From positions 45,639 through 109,638 of the forward strand of contig JAYSSR010000040.1 of NCBI GenBank assembly GCA_043720395.1: 64,000 nucleotides of DNA, given 5' to 3'. Positions 1-10,305 of the stretch are shown one piece after another. Position numbers and translations under genes: made by a program. The stretch comes from Acidimicrobiia bacterium (lineage in GTDB: Bacteria > Actinomycetota > Acidimicrobiia > Acidimicrobiales > JANYDT01). The first letter of the stretch is position 1. Each line of letters begins with the position of its first letter. The notes below the pieces were generated by a model. The model saw only the letters and a program-made list of their open reading frames with translations. It was not told the DNA's origin and did no database searches.

Positions 1-668
1 TTGCAGGGCGAACCCTTCACCGAGCCCGCGTACACCCCGATCACCGCGCGTCCGGACTGCGTTCCTGTCGTCACGATCGAGACCGCCCGTATCGCCGAAC
101 TACCAGTGCGAACGTCGAGACGTACGGTCTCGCCTGGCTTGTGGCTGGAGATCACCGTCCGCAGATCGCCGAGGAGGCAGAGGGACTGTCCGTCGGCGCG
201 CACCACCACGTCGTCTTTTTTCAAGATCCCGAACGCAGGAGCTTTTGGCTCAACGTGCGTAACGAGGACGCCGCCGCCCGCCGACTCGTATCCGAGTTTG
301 CGCGCCGCGACCACCCGTGCGACCTGCTTCGAGTCGTCCATCTCCTCGACGCTCTGACGTCGGTTCTCCTCGGGCGACGAGTCGCCGAGGATCTGGCGTT
401 CCGGCTCGATGTCGACGTCGTCTCGAAGCCACCCGTCGATCATGTCGAGCAGTCGCGGTTCCGGTACCAGTGCGACCGTGGCCCAGAGCACCTTGCCCGA
501 CGCCGGATACTCCTCGACGCCACTTACGGCGAGTCGCGAGCCGACCGAGTCGGCGGAACCCGGTCGGATGACGACATTCGGAAAGGTGTAGAAGGCGGCG
601 AAAGCGGAGACAGCCACCACGGTGAGTGCGATTGCCAGCCCGATCCAACGCGACACAAAACCCCACAC
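1..668 (-). CDS. PDZ domain-containing membrane protease, YlbL/Lon-C-like family (N-terminal part; gene runs off the window start)
   Basis: Absent from the ORF track because it is open at the window edge. Manual minus-strand translation from GTG at 666-668 gives VWGFVSRWIGLAIALTVVAVSAFAAFYTFPNVVIRPGSADSV (TM anchor), then a PDZ-like stretch VLVTHVEPKAPAFGILKKDDVVVRADGQSL...GETVRLDVR. No stop occurs down to position 1. Confidence 0.55.
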   Translation of the reverse strand, partial: MWGFVSRWIGLAIALTVVAVSAFAAFYTFPNVVIRPGSADSVGSRLAVSGVEEYPASGKVLWATVALVPEPRLLDMIDGWLRDDVDIEPERQILGDSSPEENRRQSVEEMDDSKQVARVVAARKLGYESAGGGVLVTHVEPKAPAFGILKKDDVVVRADGQSLCLLGDLRTVISSHKPGETVRLDVRTGSSAIRAVSIVTTGTQSGRAVIGVYAGSVKGSPC

Positions 669-760
669 GCGTCGACCTCTCGAAGCAGTGGGTTCGGCGG
701 GCGTCGGCGGAACCTGGGGGTTCGCGGGAAGGTTCGTGGATCTGATCAGACGAGCCTGCC

Positions 761-1438
761 ATGCCAACCCCGCCTACCGTGGGACACATGGCGCTCGAAC
801 CTCCGACGAACCCGAAAGACGAACGCCTGAACGTGATCCGGGCCGGCCACTTCGGTGACGTCGACACGGCCAGGCGGGGCTGCTCGTCCGACGACGCATC
901 GGTTCGAGAAGCTGCGTATGCGGCCCTTGCCCGCCTCGGCCAGCTCGACGATGAAACCCTTGTTGCGGCGCTTCGTGACCCATCGGTTCGTGTCTGTCGA
1001 CGAGCGACCGAACTAGCCGCGAACGCTCAGCCCGCCACTGCGGTGGACCAGGCGCTCCTGGCGATGGTCGGCGGCGTCGATCACACCCTCGCCGAATCAG
1101 CGGCTTGGGCGCTCGGTGAACGACACCAAACGTCAGAAGGCCAGAACGACGGACGCGACTCCGATCCGGCCATCTTCAGCGCGCTCGCCGAGGCCGCCAC
1201 CAAGCACGCCGATGCGCTCGTTCGCGAAGCCGCCACCGCTTCGCTCGGCTGTATCGGAGAGCCCTCGACCTTGTGGGCTGTGGTCGCCGCTTGCAAGGAC
1301 AAGGCGACCGTGCGGCGTCGGGCGGTGATTGCGCTCGCGGCGTTCGAGGGGCCCGAGGTCGATGCCGCATTGCGCCTCGCGCGGGAAGATCGCGACTGGC
1401 AGGTCCGCCAGGCCGCCGAGGATCTTCTTGCGCCGTGA
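761..1438 (+). CDS. HEAT-repeat (PBS-lyase-like) protein
   Basis: 225-aa ORF with repeated units of the form D..VR.AA..ALG (DASVREAAYAALARLG, DPSVRVCRRATELAA, DALVREAATASLGCIG, ATVRRRAVIALAA, DWQVRQAAEDLL). The start could instead be the ATG at 788. Confidence 0.6.
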   Translation: MPTPPTVGHMALEPPTNPKDERLNVIRAGHFGDVDTARRGCSSDDASVREAAYAALARLGQLDDETLVAALRDPSVRVCRRATELAANAQPATAVDQALLAMVGGVDHTLAESAAWALGERHQTSEGQNDGRDSDPAIFSALAEAATKHADALVREAATASLGCIGEPSTLWAVVAACKDKATVRRRAVIALAAFEGPEVDAALRLAREDRDWQVRQAAEDLLAP

Positions 1439-1493
1439 GCGGCTCGTCTCGTCGGCGTACCGCCGAGCGTGGATTCTCCGTACAGTTGGCACC

Positions 1494-3161
1494 ATGAAGA
1501 GCACGATGCAGCACCATCCACTGCTGATCTCGATGATCCTGCGCCGCGGGTCGACCGTCCACGGTGGGTCCAAGGTCACGACCGTCGATGCGTACGACGC
1601 TGCGACCGGCGAGACCACCACTCGAACCGTCACGTTCGCGGAGATCGGCGAGAACGCGGCACGCCTCGCGAACGTGCTGCGCCGCCTCGGCATCGATGCC
1701 GACCAGCGTGTTGGCACGTTTTGCTGGAATCACCAGGAACACCTTGAGTGCTACCTCGGGATTCCCTCGATGGGAGCGGTGCTCCATACGCTCAATATCC
1801 GGCTCTTCCCTGAGCAGCTCACGTATGTCGCGAACCATGCCGACGACCGCGTGATTGTCATCGACGACTCGCTCATCCCGCTGATCTGCAGGGTCGCGGG
1901 GACGCTCCCCAACGTCACGCACTTTCTCGTGATCGGTGCCAACGAACACGCGACGCTCGCCTCGGCATTCCCCGACGCGACGGTGCTCGACTACCGAGCC
2001 GAACTCGCGAAGGAATCCGCCGAGTTCGCCTGGCCCGAAGACCTCGACGAGACCTGCGCCGCGGCCATGTGCTACACGTCGGGAACCACCGGGAACCCAA
2101 AGGGTGTGGCCTACTCGCATCGGTCCACATGGCTCCACTCGCTGGCTTCGCTCGGCGGTCCGATGCTCGGCCTCGATGAGCCCGACCGCCTCCTCGTGAT
2201 CGTGCCGATGTTTCACGCGAATGCCTGGGGTGCGCCCTACAGCGCGTTCTTCTGCGGGGCCGATTTCGTGTTTCCGAAGCAGTTCCTTCAGGCCGCTCCG
2301 CTGGCTGCGATGATGGCCGAGTTCCGGCCGACCGTCACGATGGCCGTGCCAACGATCTGGAACGACCTCTGGAACTACGGCGAGTCTCATTCGCTTGACC
2401 TCTCCTCGCTGCGCAGCGTCACGGCCGGCGGTTCAGCGGTCCCTCGGGTCCTCATGCAGCGGTTCAATGACAAGTACGGGCTCCAGATCATGCAGGGCTG
2501 GGGAATGACCGAGACCTCACCGCTCGGTTCGCTGGCACGTCCACCGAAGGACGCTCCGGCCGAACAGGCAATGGACTACCACGACCTCGCTGGACGCGTG
2601 CTCCCGGGCGTCGAAATGCGGATCGTATCGAATGAATTCACCGGTGAGGTGGCACCGCGCGACGCGAGGACAATAGGGGAAATCGAGGTCCGCGGCCCGT
2701 GGGTGACCGGATCGTATTACCTCGACCCGACTCCCGAAAAGTTCCGAGACGGCTGGCTCCGCACGGGCGACATGGGAACGATGGACGGGCAGGGGTTCCT
2801 CCGCATCACCGACCGCACGAAGGACGTCATCAAATCAGGCGGTGAGTGGGTGTCGAGCATCGATCTGGAGAACGTGATCATGGCCCACCCGGCGGTGTTG
2901 GAAGCGGCCGTGATCGGCATTCCCGACGCGAAGTGGGACGAGCGTCCAATGGCGTGCATTGTCGTGCGAGAGGGCGTTGCGGCCGACGAGTCCACGGTGG
3001 TGAGCGTCAAGGAGTTCCTCGGCGAGCGGGTCGCGAAGTGGTGGATTCCGGAGCGCTGGACCTTCGTGGCAGCGGTCCCGAAGACCAGCGTCGGCAAGTT
3101 CGACAAGAAGGTGCTCCGGGCACAGCACGCGGACGGCGCACTCGACGTAATTAGCAGATAA
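1494..3161 (+). CDS. AMP-dependent acyl-CoA synthetase (fatty-acid--CoA ligase family)
   Basis: AMP-binding motif YTSGTTGNPKG, then GWGMTET and GDMGTMDGQGFLRITDRTKDVIKSGGEW. The start is placed at the internal ATG (MKSTMQHHP) of the 610-aa ORF. Confidence 0.85.
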   Translation: MKSTMQHHPLLISMILRRGSTVHGGSKVTTVDAYDAATGETTTRTVTFAEIGENAARLANVLRRLGIDADQRVGTFCWNHQEHLECYLGIPSMGAVLHTLNIRLFPEQLTYVANHADDRVIVIDDSLIPLICRVAGTLPNVTHFLVIGANEHATLASAFPDATVLDYRAELAKESAEFAWPEDLDETCAAAMCYTSGTTGNPKGVAYSHRSTWLHSLASLGGPMLGLDEPDRLLVIVPMFHANAWGAPYSAFFCGADFVFPKQFLQAAPLAAMMAEFRPTVTMAVPTIWNDLWNYGESHSLDLSSLRSVTAGGSAVPRVLMQRFNDKYGLQIMQGWGMTETSPLGSLARPPKDAPAEQAMDYHDLAGRVLPGVEMRIVSNEFTGEVAPRDARTIGEIEVRGPWVTGSYYLDPTPEKFRDGWLRTGDMGTMDGQGFLRITDRTKDVIKSGGEWVSSIDLENVIMAHPAVLEAAVIGIPDAKWDERPMACIVVREGVAADESTVVSVKEFLGERVAKWWIPERWTFVAAVPKTSVGKFDKKVLRAQHADGALDVISR

Positions 3162-4317
3162 CGGCTGGTTCGTTTCCTGCTGTTTTACCGAGATACCCGG
3201 CCCGTTTCGCCAGGGCCGCGCCGCTTACCACGAGAGCACTCATGACGACGCCACACGTCACGTAGGCAAACGTCCTCGACGTCGCGCCGTAGATCGACCC
3301 AGCGCCAAGCGCGGCAAGGCCGCCCATGAGTGTTTGACAGCCACCGAGCAAACCTTGCGCGGCCGCCTGACGATGCGGCGGAGCGACCATGCCGATCGCA
3401 ATGCCTGTGCCGGTCACGGTGAGACCGTCGCTCACACCGTGCGTCACACCGACCGCCAACATCGAGATCGGAGTCGGAAGGAGGCCGTAGGAGGTCATGT
3501 AGGCGGCACCGAGCAAAAGCCCGACGCCGCTCGTGCGGAACGGTCCGAGACGCTGCGCGAGACGCCCACCGATCGGTCCGAGGAAGATGAGCGGGAGGGC
3601 GAAAATGCTGATTCCTGCCTTGGCGATCCACGTCTGCGCGTTCATGTCCTTCATGACGAGCGTCCAGAGGGCGTCGAAGGTGCCGATCATCACGAACACG
3701 GCCAGTCCCATCAGGACGGCTGCGGCGACTCCGGGATTGCGGAGCAGGTCGAGCGCGAATCGTTCGTGCGCATCGGTCGAAGATCCTTCGTCGACTTTCA
3801 TACGGAGGAGGTCGGGCAGGCACGCGGCAAGCGCGACCGACATGATGAGGTAGGGCGCTGCGAGACCGAAGCTTCCAACTGTAAGTGCGCTTATGACGGG
3901 TCCGAGGGCGAAACCGCCGACGTCGATGGAGAGGAGCTTGCCGAGACTGTCCCCGAGCGAGTCCGGGTCGCGCAGAATGAGTATGCGCCGCACCGCCGGA
4001 ACGGCCATGCCGACGCCGAGGCCCATCACGATGCGTGAGGCGAGCAGAACGGCGATGTTCGTGCCGTACGCCATGCCGAGCGTTCCGCAGATCTCGACCA
4101 GTGCACCGACCACCACGAGTCGCTTCGCATGGCCACGGTCCGCGAGCGGTGCGAGACCGATCTGCGCAATGAAGCTCGTGAAGAAGCCCGCGGCCACGAT
4201 CGCGCCGATACCACTTTCCGATATGGCGTAGCGGTCGCGGTACTCGGCCAGCACGGTGAACATCACGCCGTAACCCGCCGCCATCAGCCCCGTGGTGGCG
4301 AAAAGGATGTACGTCAT
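3151..4317 (-). CDS. MFS transporter
   Basis: About 12 hydrophobic segments and an MFS-like loop LADRGHAKRLVVVG. The start is placed at MTYILFATTG inside the 420-aa ORF. Confidence 0.75.
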   Translation of the reverse strand: MTYILFATTGLMAAGYGVMFTVLAEYRDRYAISESGIGAIVAAGFFTSFIAQIGLAPLADRGHAKRLVVVGALVEICGTLGMAYGTNIAVLLASRIVMGLGVGMAVPAVRRILILRDPDSLGDSLGKLLSIDVGGFALGPVISALTVGSFGLAAPYLIMSVALAACLPDLLRMKVDEGSSTDAHERFALDLLRNPGVAAAVLMGLAVFVMIGTFDALWTLVMKDMNAQTWIAKAGISIFALPLIFLGPIGGRLAQRLGPFRTSGVGLLLGAAYMTSYGLLPTPISMLAVGVTHGVSDGLTVTGTGIAIGMVAPPHRQAAAQGLLGGCQTLMGGLAALGAGSIYGATSRTFAYVTCGVVMSALVVSGAALAKRAGYLGKTAGNEPAVIC

Positions 4318-4345
4318 TCGCCGATTCGACATAAATCGGTGCGTG

Positions 4346-5158
4346 CTAGAGGGTTGGCAAGCCGAAGCGGGCCGGGTTCTGCTGGCCCCAGCGCAGCAGG
4401 TCGACGTGCTCATTGCGCGGTGTCGGCACCCAGGGTCGGAGTTCCTGATCGAGGTCGGGATTCACGAAGTATGCGACGCTGAGCCGCGTCGGAACATCGG
4501 CGAGTGCCCGCACACGATGAGGCGTTGGCCGCACGAGGTCGCCCGTGAGAAGTGCGCCGCACTCGCCCGCGAACACGATTGGATGTTCCGGCGAGGGCGT
4601 CACCGCGGTCCATCCGTCGCCGGTCCGATGTACGTCGAGGCCAGGCGCGTCGGCCATGAGGAACGTTACGAGATGGCCGTCCTCGTGGGCGTCCTGAATG
4701 AACTCGCGCGTGGCGGTCGAGGGTCGCGAGAAGTTGAGCTGGAGCCACGATTCCTGCGACGTGCGGATCGCGGCTACGAGGCCGCCGACGCCCGCTTGTT
4801 CGGCGAGCGTCTCCAGAACTGCCGCCGCGGCGTCGTCGAGGCCCCGTTGCACGGCACGTGCCGCTTCGAGCAGCGGGTGTTCGGCGAGCGTGCCGTCGTC
4901 GTCGTGACGCCTGTAGCAGAACGTCTCGTTGAGGTCGGGCCGGTCGGGCGACTGGCTGTACTCGATACCGACCCGGCGCCAGCCCGTCAGTTTTGGTCCG
5001 GCTGCATACCGCTCGCTGTATTCGGCTGGGCCTTCAAAGAACCGGTGGGCCTCAGCGAACAATGCATGAATGGCCGCGGCGGTTGCCGCGTCGGTCTCGA
5101 CGGTGCAGGTGCCGGCCTCGGGCATGGTCGCCGCAGGCACGGTCAGGGCAGAAGTCAC
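4346..5158 (-). CDS. 2-oxoglutarate/Fe(II)-dependent oxygenase (isopenicillin N synthase-like family)
   Basis: H-x-D facial triad AHEDGHLVTFL, distal His in RPTPHRV, and RLSVAYF. The start is uncertain: GTG 5158, ATG 5125 or ATG 5230. Confidence 0.65.
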   Translation of the reverse strand: MTSALTVPAATMPEAGTCTVETDAATAAAIHALFAEAHRFFEGPAEYSERYAAGPKLTGWRRVGIEYSQSPDRPDLNETFCYRRHDDDGTLAEHPLLEAARAVQRGLDDAAAAVLETLAEQAGVGGLVAAIRTSQESWLQLNFSRPSTATREFIQDAHEDGHLVTFLMADAPGLDVHRTGDGWTAVTPSPEHPIVFAGECGALLTGDLVRPTPHRVRALADVPTRLSVAYFVNPDLDQELRPWVPTPRNEHVDLLRWGQQNPARFGLPTL

Positions 5159-5204
5159 GACGCAGTCTCCCACCGACCACGTGAGAGGCCGGTGATGAGC
5201 TTCG

Positions 5205-5582
5205 CTACTTGATGTCCACCAGATCGACAACGAAGATCAGCGTCTCATTGGGTTTGATGACGCCACCTGCCCCGTTCGCTCCGTAGCCAAGGTGCGGCGG
5301 GATCGTGATCTTGCGGCGTCCGCCGACCTTCATGCCTTGAACGCCCTGGTCCCAACCGGCGATCACATGCCCGGCACCGAGTGGGAATTGAAACAATTCG
5401 GCGCGGTTCCAGGAGGCGTCGAACTCGCGGCCGGTCGACCACGACACGCCGACGTAATGCACATCGACGAACTTGCCCTTGGTGGCTTCGTGGCCGTCGC
5501 CCACGGTCAGGTCCTCGATCACCAACTCTGTTGGCGGCGTCCCGCCTGGGGACGTGACGGCTGGCTTGCTCAATTCGCTCAT
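5205..5582 (-). CDS. FKBP-type peptidyl-prolyl cis-trans isomerase
   Basis: C-terminal 125 aa of the 334-aa ORF: VHYVGVSWSTGREFDASW...FPLGAGHVIAGWDQGVQGMKVGGRRKITIPPHLGYG. ATG at 5580-5582. Confidence 0.9.
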   Translation of the reverse strand: MSELSKPAVTSPGGTPPTELVIEDLTVGDGHEATKGKFVDVHYVGVSWSTGREFDASWNRAELFQFPLGAGHVIAGWDQGVQGMKVGGRRKITIPPHLGYGANGAGGVIKPNETLIFVVDLVDIK

Positions 5583-5639
5583 GTGGGACAACGGTAGCCG
5601 CCGTCGAAACTGCCATACCCTCGTCGTAGGGTCTTCGCT

Positions 5640-8600
5640 GTGGCTGCGACGAAGCGTGTTGACGTTCCCGAGGATCCGCTCGCACCGTTTTCGGCGGTTA
5701 CCCGCGCTTGGTTCGAGCGCACCTTCGATGCCCCGACGCCGGCGCAATCGCTCGGCTGGGCCGCGATCTCGCGCGGCGAGAGCACGCTCGTGCTCGCGCC
5801 GACGGGTTCCGGCAAGACGCTCGCCGCATTCCTGTGGGCGCTTGACCGGCTCCACACGCACCATCGTCCCGCGGGGGCGAAACCCGGCGTTCGGGTGCTC
5901 TACGTGTCGCCGCTGAAGGCGCTGATCTACGACGTTGAGCGGAACCTCCGCGCACCGCTCATCGGCATCGCCCGGGAGGCTGCTCGGCAAGGTGTCGCGG
6001 TGCCTGACGTGTCCGTGGCCACCCGTACCGGTGACACCACGGCGGCAGAGCGAAACGCTATTGCGAAGCGTCCGCCCGACATCCTCGTGACGACGCCCGA
6101 GTCGCTCTACCTGCTGCTCACCTCGCAGGCGCGCTCGATCCTGACCGGTGTCGAAGCGGTGATCATCGATGAGATCCACGCACTCGCCGGTACCAAGCGA
6201 GGGGCGCACATGGCGCTCTCGTTGGAACGCCTCGAGATGCTGCTCGCGAAGGCGGGAAACCCGCCCCCGCAGCGCGTTGGCCTTTCCGCGACCCAGCGTC
6301 CGTTGGAGGAGGTCGCACGATTCCTCGGCGGGCAGGTCCTCGACGCCTCGGTCGACCCGGCGAAGTGGCGCGCCCGACCCGTGGCGATCGTCGACACGGG
6401 CATTCGCAAGACGCTCGATCTTGAGATCATCGTGCCCGTCGAGGACATGGCCGAGCTGGGCAAGCCGGTGCTCGGTGCCGACGGTGAGCCCGTCATGAAC
6501 GGCGCGGCGAGCGGTGACCCGGAGGACCGCAAGTCGATCTGGCCGTCAATCTACCCACGCCTTTTGGAATTGATACGCGCGCATACTTCCACGCTGGTGT
6601 TCGTGAACTCGCGGCGTCTTGCGGAACGTCTCGCCGCGAAGCTCAACGAGCTGGCAGGCGAAGAGCTCGTGCGTGCGCACCACGGTTCGATTGCTCGTGA
6701 GCAGCGGGTCGACATCGAGGAGGCATTGAAGGCGGGACGCCTGCCTGCACTTGTCGCCACCAGCAGCCTTGAGCTCGGCATCGACATGGGCGCGATCGAT
6801 CTGGTCGTACAGGTGGAAGCGCCGTCGAGCGTCGCCAGTGGGCTGCAACGCGTCGGACGCGCTGGCCACCAGGTGGGTGAGGCGTCGAAGGGTCGGATCT
6901 TCCCCAAGTTTCGGGGCGACCTGGTGAACGCGGCTGTGGTGGCCCGGCGGATGGAGGAGGGTCTCGTGGAGGAGACCCGCGTGCCACGCAACCCGATCGA
7001 CGTGCTGTGCCAGCAGATCGTTGCGCTCGTCGCGGCCGACGACGGCATCGCGACCGTCGACGACGTGACACTCATGGCACGCGGTGCGTACCCGTTCGTG
7101 GACATCACCGAAGACGTGATCACCGGCCTGCTCGATCTCCTCAGCGGCCGGTATCCGAGCGACGAGTTCGCCGAGCTGCGTCCTCGGGTCACGTGGGACC
7201 GGCTCACCGGGACGCTGCGCGCCAGGCCCGGTTCGCGCATGCTGGCGGTCACGAGCGGCGGAACCATTCCCGACCGCGGGCTGTACACGGTTGTAACTCC
7301 CGAGGGCACGAAGGTCGGCGAGCTGGACGAGGAGATGGTCTTCGAGAGTCGGGTTGGCGAGACCTTCCTGCTCGGCGCGTCGACCTGGCGGATCGAGGAC
7401 ATCACGCCCGACCGTGTGGTGGTCACGCCCGCGCCGGGCATTCCCGGGAAGATGCCGTTCTGGCACGGTGACAAGCTCGGCCGGCCGTTCGAGTTGGGCC
7501 GCGCGATCGGCGAGTTCGTCCGGTTGGCCGAGACCTTCGATGACGCCACGATGAAGGATCGCTACTTCCTCGACGCGCTGGCTGCAAAAAATCTTCGCGC
7601 TTACATTGACGAGGAGCGCGAAGCCACGGGCAACGTGTTGCCGACGGATCGTCAGCTCGTGGTGCAGCGCTTCCGCGACGAGCTCGGCGACTGGCAGCTG
7701 TGCCTGCTCTCGCCCTTCGGCGCGCAGGTCCACGCGCCGTGGGCGATGGCAATAGAAGCGCGCATTCGAGATCGTCTCGGCATGGAGGCCCGCGCCATCT
7801 GGAGCGACGACGGGATCATCGTGCGGCTTCCCGAGGCCGACGACGCGCCATCGATGGACTACGTGCTCCTCGACCCCGACGAACTCGATGATCTCCTCAT
7901 GGCGGAGCTGCCGAACTCCGCGCTCTTCGCTAGCCGGTTCCGCGAGAACGCGGCACGGGCACTGCTACTGCCGAAGCGCAAACCCGGCTCGCGCACTCCC
8001 CTGTGGCGACAGCGTCAGCGAAGTGCCGACCTGCTGAAGGTGGCGAGTCGCTACGGCAGCTTCCCGATTCTGCTGGAGACGTACCGCGAGTGCCTACGCG
8101 ACTCCTTCGACGTGCCCGCGCTCACGTCGCTGCTGCAGGACATCAGGGCGCGCAAGATTCGCGTCGTGAGCCTCGACATGGCGAGCCCGTCACCGTTCGC
8201 GTCGACGCTCGCATTCGGGTACATCGCCAATTTCATGTACGACGGCGACGCGCCCCTCGCCGAGCGTCGTGCGGCGGCGCTTGCGCTCGATCGGGACCTG
8301 CTGGCGTCGTTGCTCGGCACGGAGGAACTACGCGAACTTATCGATCCGCGCGCGCTCGCCGCCGTCGAGTCTGAGCTGCAGTGTCTCGATCCTCGCCGAC
8401 ACGCGCGCACGACCGATCACGTGCATGACCTGCTGCGTCGGATCGGTGATCTCTCGGCGGACGAACTCGCACTGCGATGCGAGGGTGGTGCTTCGTTCAT
8501 GGACGCTGCCTGCGCAGCCTTGATCCGCGAGCGTCGTGTCGCTGTGGTGCGGGTGGCTGGACAGGACCGCTACATCGCGGCAGAGGATGCTGGTCGCTAC

Positions 8601-10241
8601 GGCGAGGCAATCGGCGCGCATGTGCCGCCGGGACTTCCAGCCGCATTCCTGAGCTGGACCGGTGGCGACCCTGCCGATCCGGCCGACGTCGAAGGCGCGC
8701 TCGGATCGCTGATCGGACGCTATGCACGCACGCACGGGCCGTTCACAACGTCCGATATTGCCGAGCGTTTTGCGGTAGCGATCGCCGTCGCCGAGCAGTG
8801 CCTCGTTCGGCGCGGCGACGGCGGCACGTTGCTGAGCGGCGAGTTCCGCCCCGACGGAGCGTCGCAGGAGTGGTGCGACGCCGATGTGCTGCGTCAGCTC
8901 AGGCAGCGCTCGTTGGCCGTGCTGCGCAAGGAGATCGAGCCGACCACGGTCGACGCGCTCGCCCGGTTCCTGCCTGACTGGCACGGCGTCGGAGCGGCTG
9001 CTGTTGGCAGCGGTGTCGATCGTCTGTACGAGGTCATCGGCCAGCTGCAGGGTGTTGCGCTACCGGCGAGCACACTGGAGCGCGACATCTTCCCGGCGCG
9101 TCTTCCGCGGTACTCGCCGCGTCTGCTCGACGAGTTGATGATGGCGGGCGAGGTCGTGTGGGTCGGCGTGAGTCCGCTCGGCAACGACGATGGACGGCTC
9201 GCGTTCTACCTCCGGGATCGGGCCCACCTCCTCGTGAATCCACCTGCCGGTTCGCAGCCCGACGGGGTCGAGCATTCGCGTCTTCGCGAGGTTCTCGGTG
9301 CCCGTGGTGCGTGCTTCTTCCGCGAGCTCCAAGGCACCGATGACTTCGCGACGGTGGAGAGTCTGTGGGATCTGGTCTGGTCGGGTGAGGTCACGAACGA
9401 CTCGTTCAACGCCGTTCGGGCGATGCTCGGGGGTCGCAAGGGCGCACGGGCCGGGGTGGCCGCAACCTCGGCGACGCGGCGAGCGGGGCGTCCGCGACTC
9501 GCCAGCCTCATGGCGCTCGGCCCACCGAAGGCACAGGGACGCTGGTCGTTGGTCGCTCGGGAGATCGGTGCTACTGCGGTGTTGGCCGACGACGGTGCGC
9601 CCGAGTCAAAACGGGCGCGCCTCGCATCCGAGCGCGCGATTTCGACGGAGCGGACGCACGCCCGCGCGGTCAGCCTGCTGGAGCGTCACGGTGTCCTGAC
9701 TCGCGAGGCGATCCGCGGCGAGGGGATCAGCGGCGGGTTCGCGGCGATGTACCCGGTACTGAAGACGTTGGAGGAGAGCGGGCGTGTGCGGCGCGGCTAT
9801 TTCGTTGCGGGACTCGGCGGCGCGCAATTCGCCGTGCCAGGTGCAGTCGACCGGTTGCGTGCTTTTCGGGAGCTTCCGAATGAACCGCAGGTGATTGCTC
9901 TGGCGGCGGTCGATCCGGCGAATGCGTATGGGTGGTCGCTGCCTTGGCCGGTGAAGGGTCCGCAGAGGGCGGCCGGTGCCTACGTGCTGCTGGTCGACGG
10001 CTTGCCTTCGTTGTACCTGGAGAAGGGCGGCCGCGGCGCCGTCGCGCTCCGAGCGTTCGACGGCAGCTGGGAGCGCGCAACGATACGCGCGCTTACGGAC
10101 ATGATCGGCACGGAGGAATCGGCGGGACGCCCGGTTCGGTTCCGGCGACTCGTGCTGGAGAGCGTCCCCGACGAGTTGGTGCCGCTGCTGAAGGAGCACG
10201 GCTTCGTGCCGACGCCGAAGGGCCTCGCCAAATACGCGTGA
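5640..10241 (+). CDS. lhr: Lhr-family ATP-dependent DNA helicase (large helicase-related)
   Basis: 1533 aa. Walker A LAPTGSGKTL, DEIH box (IIDEIHAL), HHGSIAREQR, and the long Lhr-type C-terminal extension. Confidence 0.9.
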   Translation: MAATKRVDVPEDPLAPFSAVTRAWFERTFDAPTPAQSLGWAAISRGESTLVLAPTGSGKTLAAFLWALDRLHTHHRPAGAKPGVRVLYVSPLKALIYDVERNLRAPLIGIAREAARQGVAVPDVSVATRTGDTTAAERNAIAKRPPDILVTTPESLYLLLTSQARSILTGVEAVIIDEIHALAGTKRGAHMALSLERLEMLLAKAGNPPPQRVGLSATQRPLEEVARFLGGQVLDASVDPAKWRARPVAIVDTGIRKTLDLEIIVPVEDMAELGKPVLGADGEPVMNGAASGDPEDRKSIWPSIYPRLLELIRAHTSTLVFVNSRRLAERLAAKLNELAGEELVRAHHGSIAREQRVDIEEALKAGRLPALVATSSLELGIDMGAIDLVVQVEAPSSVASGLQRVGRAGHQVGEASKGRIFPKFRGDLVNAAVVARRMEEGLVEETRVPRNPIDVLCQQIVALVAADDGIATVDDVTLMARGAYPFVDITEDVITGLLDLLSGRYPSDEFAELRPRVTWDRLTGTLRARPGSRMLAVTSGGTIPDRGLYTVVTPEGTKVGELDEEMVFESRVGETFLLGASTWRIEDITPDRVVVTPAPGIPGKMPFWHGDKLGRPFELGRAIGEFVRLAETFDDATMKDRYFLDALAAKNLRAYIDEEREATGNVLPTDRQLVVQRFRDELGDWQLCLLSPFGAQVHAPWAMAIEARIRDRLGMEARAIWSDDGIIVRLPEADDAPSMDYVLLDPDELDDLLMAELPNSALFASRFRENAARALLLPKRKPGSRTPLWRQRQRSADLLKVASRYGSFPILLETYRECLRDSFDVPALTSLLQDIRARKIRVVSLDMASPSPFASTLAFGYIANFMYDGDAPLAERRAAALALDRDLLASLLGTEELRELIDPRALAAVESELQCLDPRRHARTTDHVHDLLRRIGDLSADELALRCEGGASFMDAACAALIRERRVAVVRVAGQDRYIAAEDAGRYGEAIGAHVPPGLPAAFLSWTGGDPADPADVEGALGSLIGRYARTHGPFTTSDIAERFAVAIAVAEQCLVRRGDGGTLLSGEFRPDGASQEWCDADVLRQLRQRSLAVLRKEIEPTTVDALARFLPDWHGVGAAAVGSGVDRLYEVIGQLQGVALPASTLERDIFPARLPRYSPRLLDELMMAGEVVWVGVSPLGNDDGRLAFYLRDRAHLLVNPPAGSQPDGVEHSRLREVLGARGACFFRELQGTDDFATVESLWDLVWSGEVTNDSFNAVRAMLGGRKGARAGVAATSATRRAGRPRLASLMALGPPKAQGRWSLVAREIGATAVLADDGAPESKRARLASERAISTERTHARAVSLLERHGVLTREAIRGEGISGGFAAMYPVLKTLEESGRVRRGYFVAGLGGAQFAVPGAVDRLRAFRELPNEPQVIALAAVDPANAYGWSLPWPVKGPQRAAGAYVLLVDGLPSLYLEKGGRGAVALRAFDGSWERATIRALTDMIGTEESAGRPVRFRRLVLESVPDELVPLLKEHGFVPTPKGLAKYA

Positions 10242-10305
10242 GGCGTCCGGGCTCGTAGTGCGTTGAGCGCAACACAGCGCACAGTGAAACCGTGCGTGTC
10301 GGTCC

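Noticed and set aside
10258-10282. Possible bidirectional terminator between the convergent lhr and surE genes.
   Set aside because: Only short imperfect stems (GTGCG...CGCAC, or TGCGTTG...CAACACA with a mismatch) and no U-tract. This is too weak to call as a feature.
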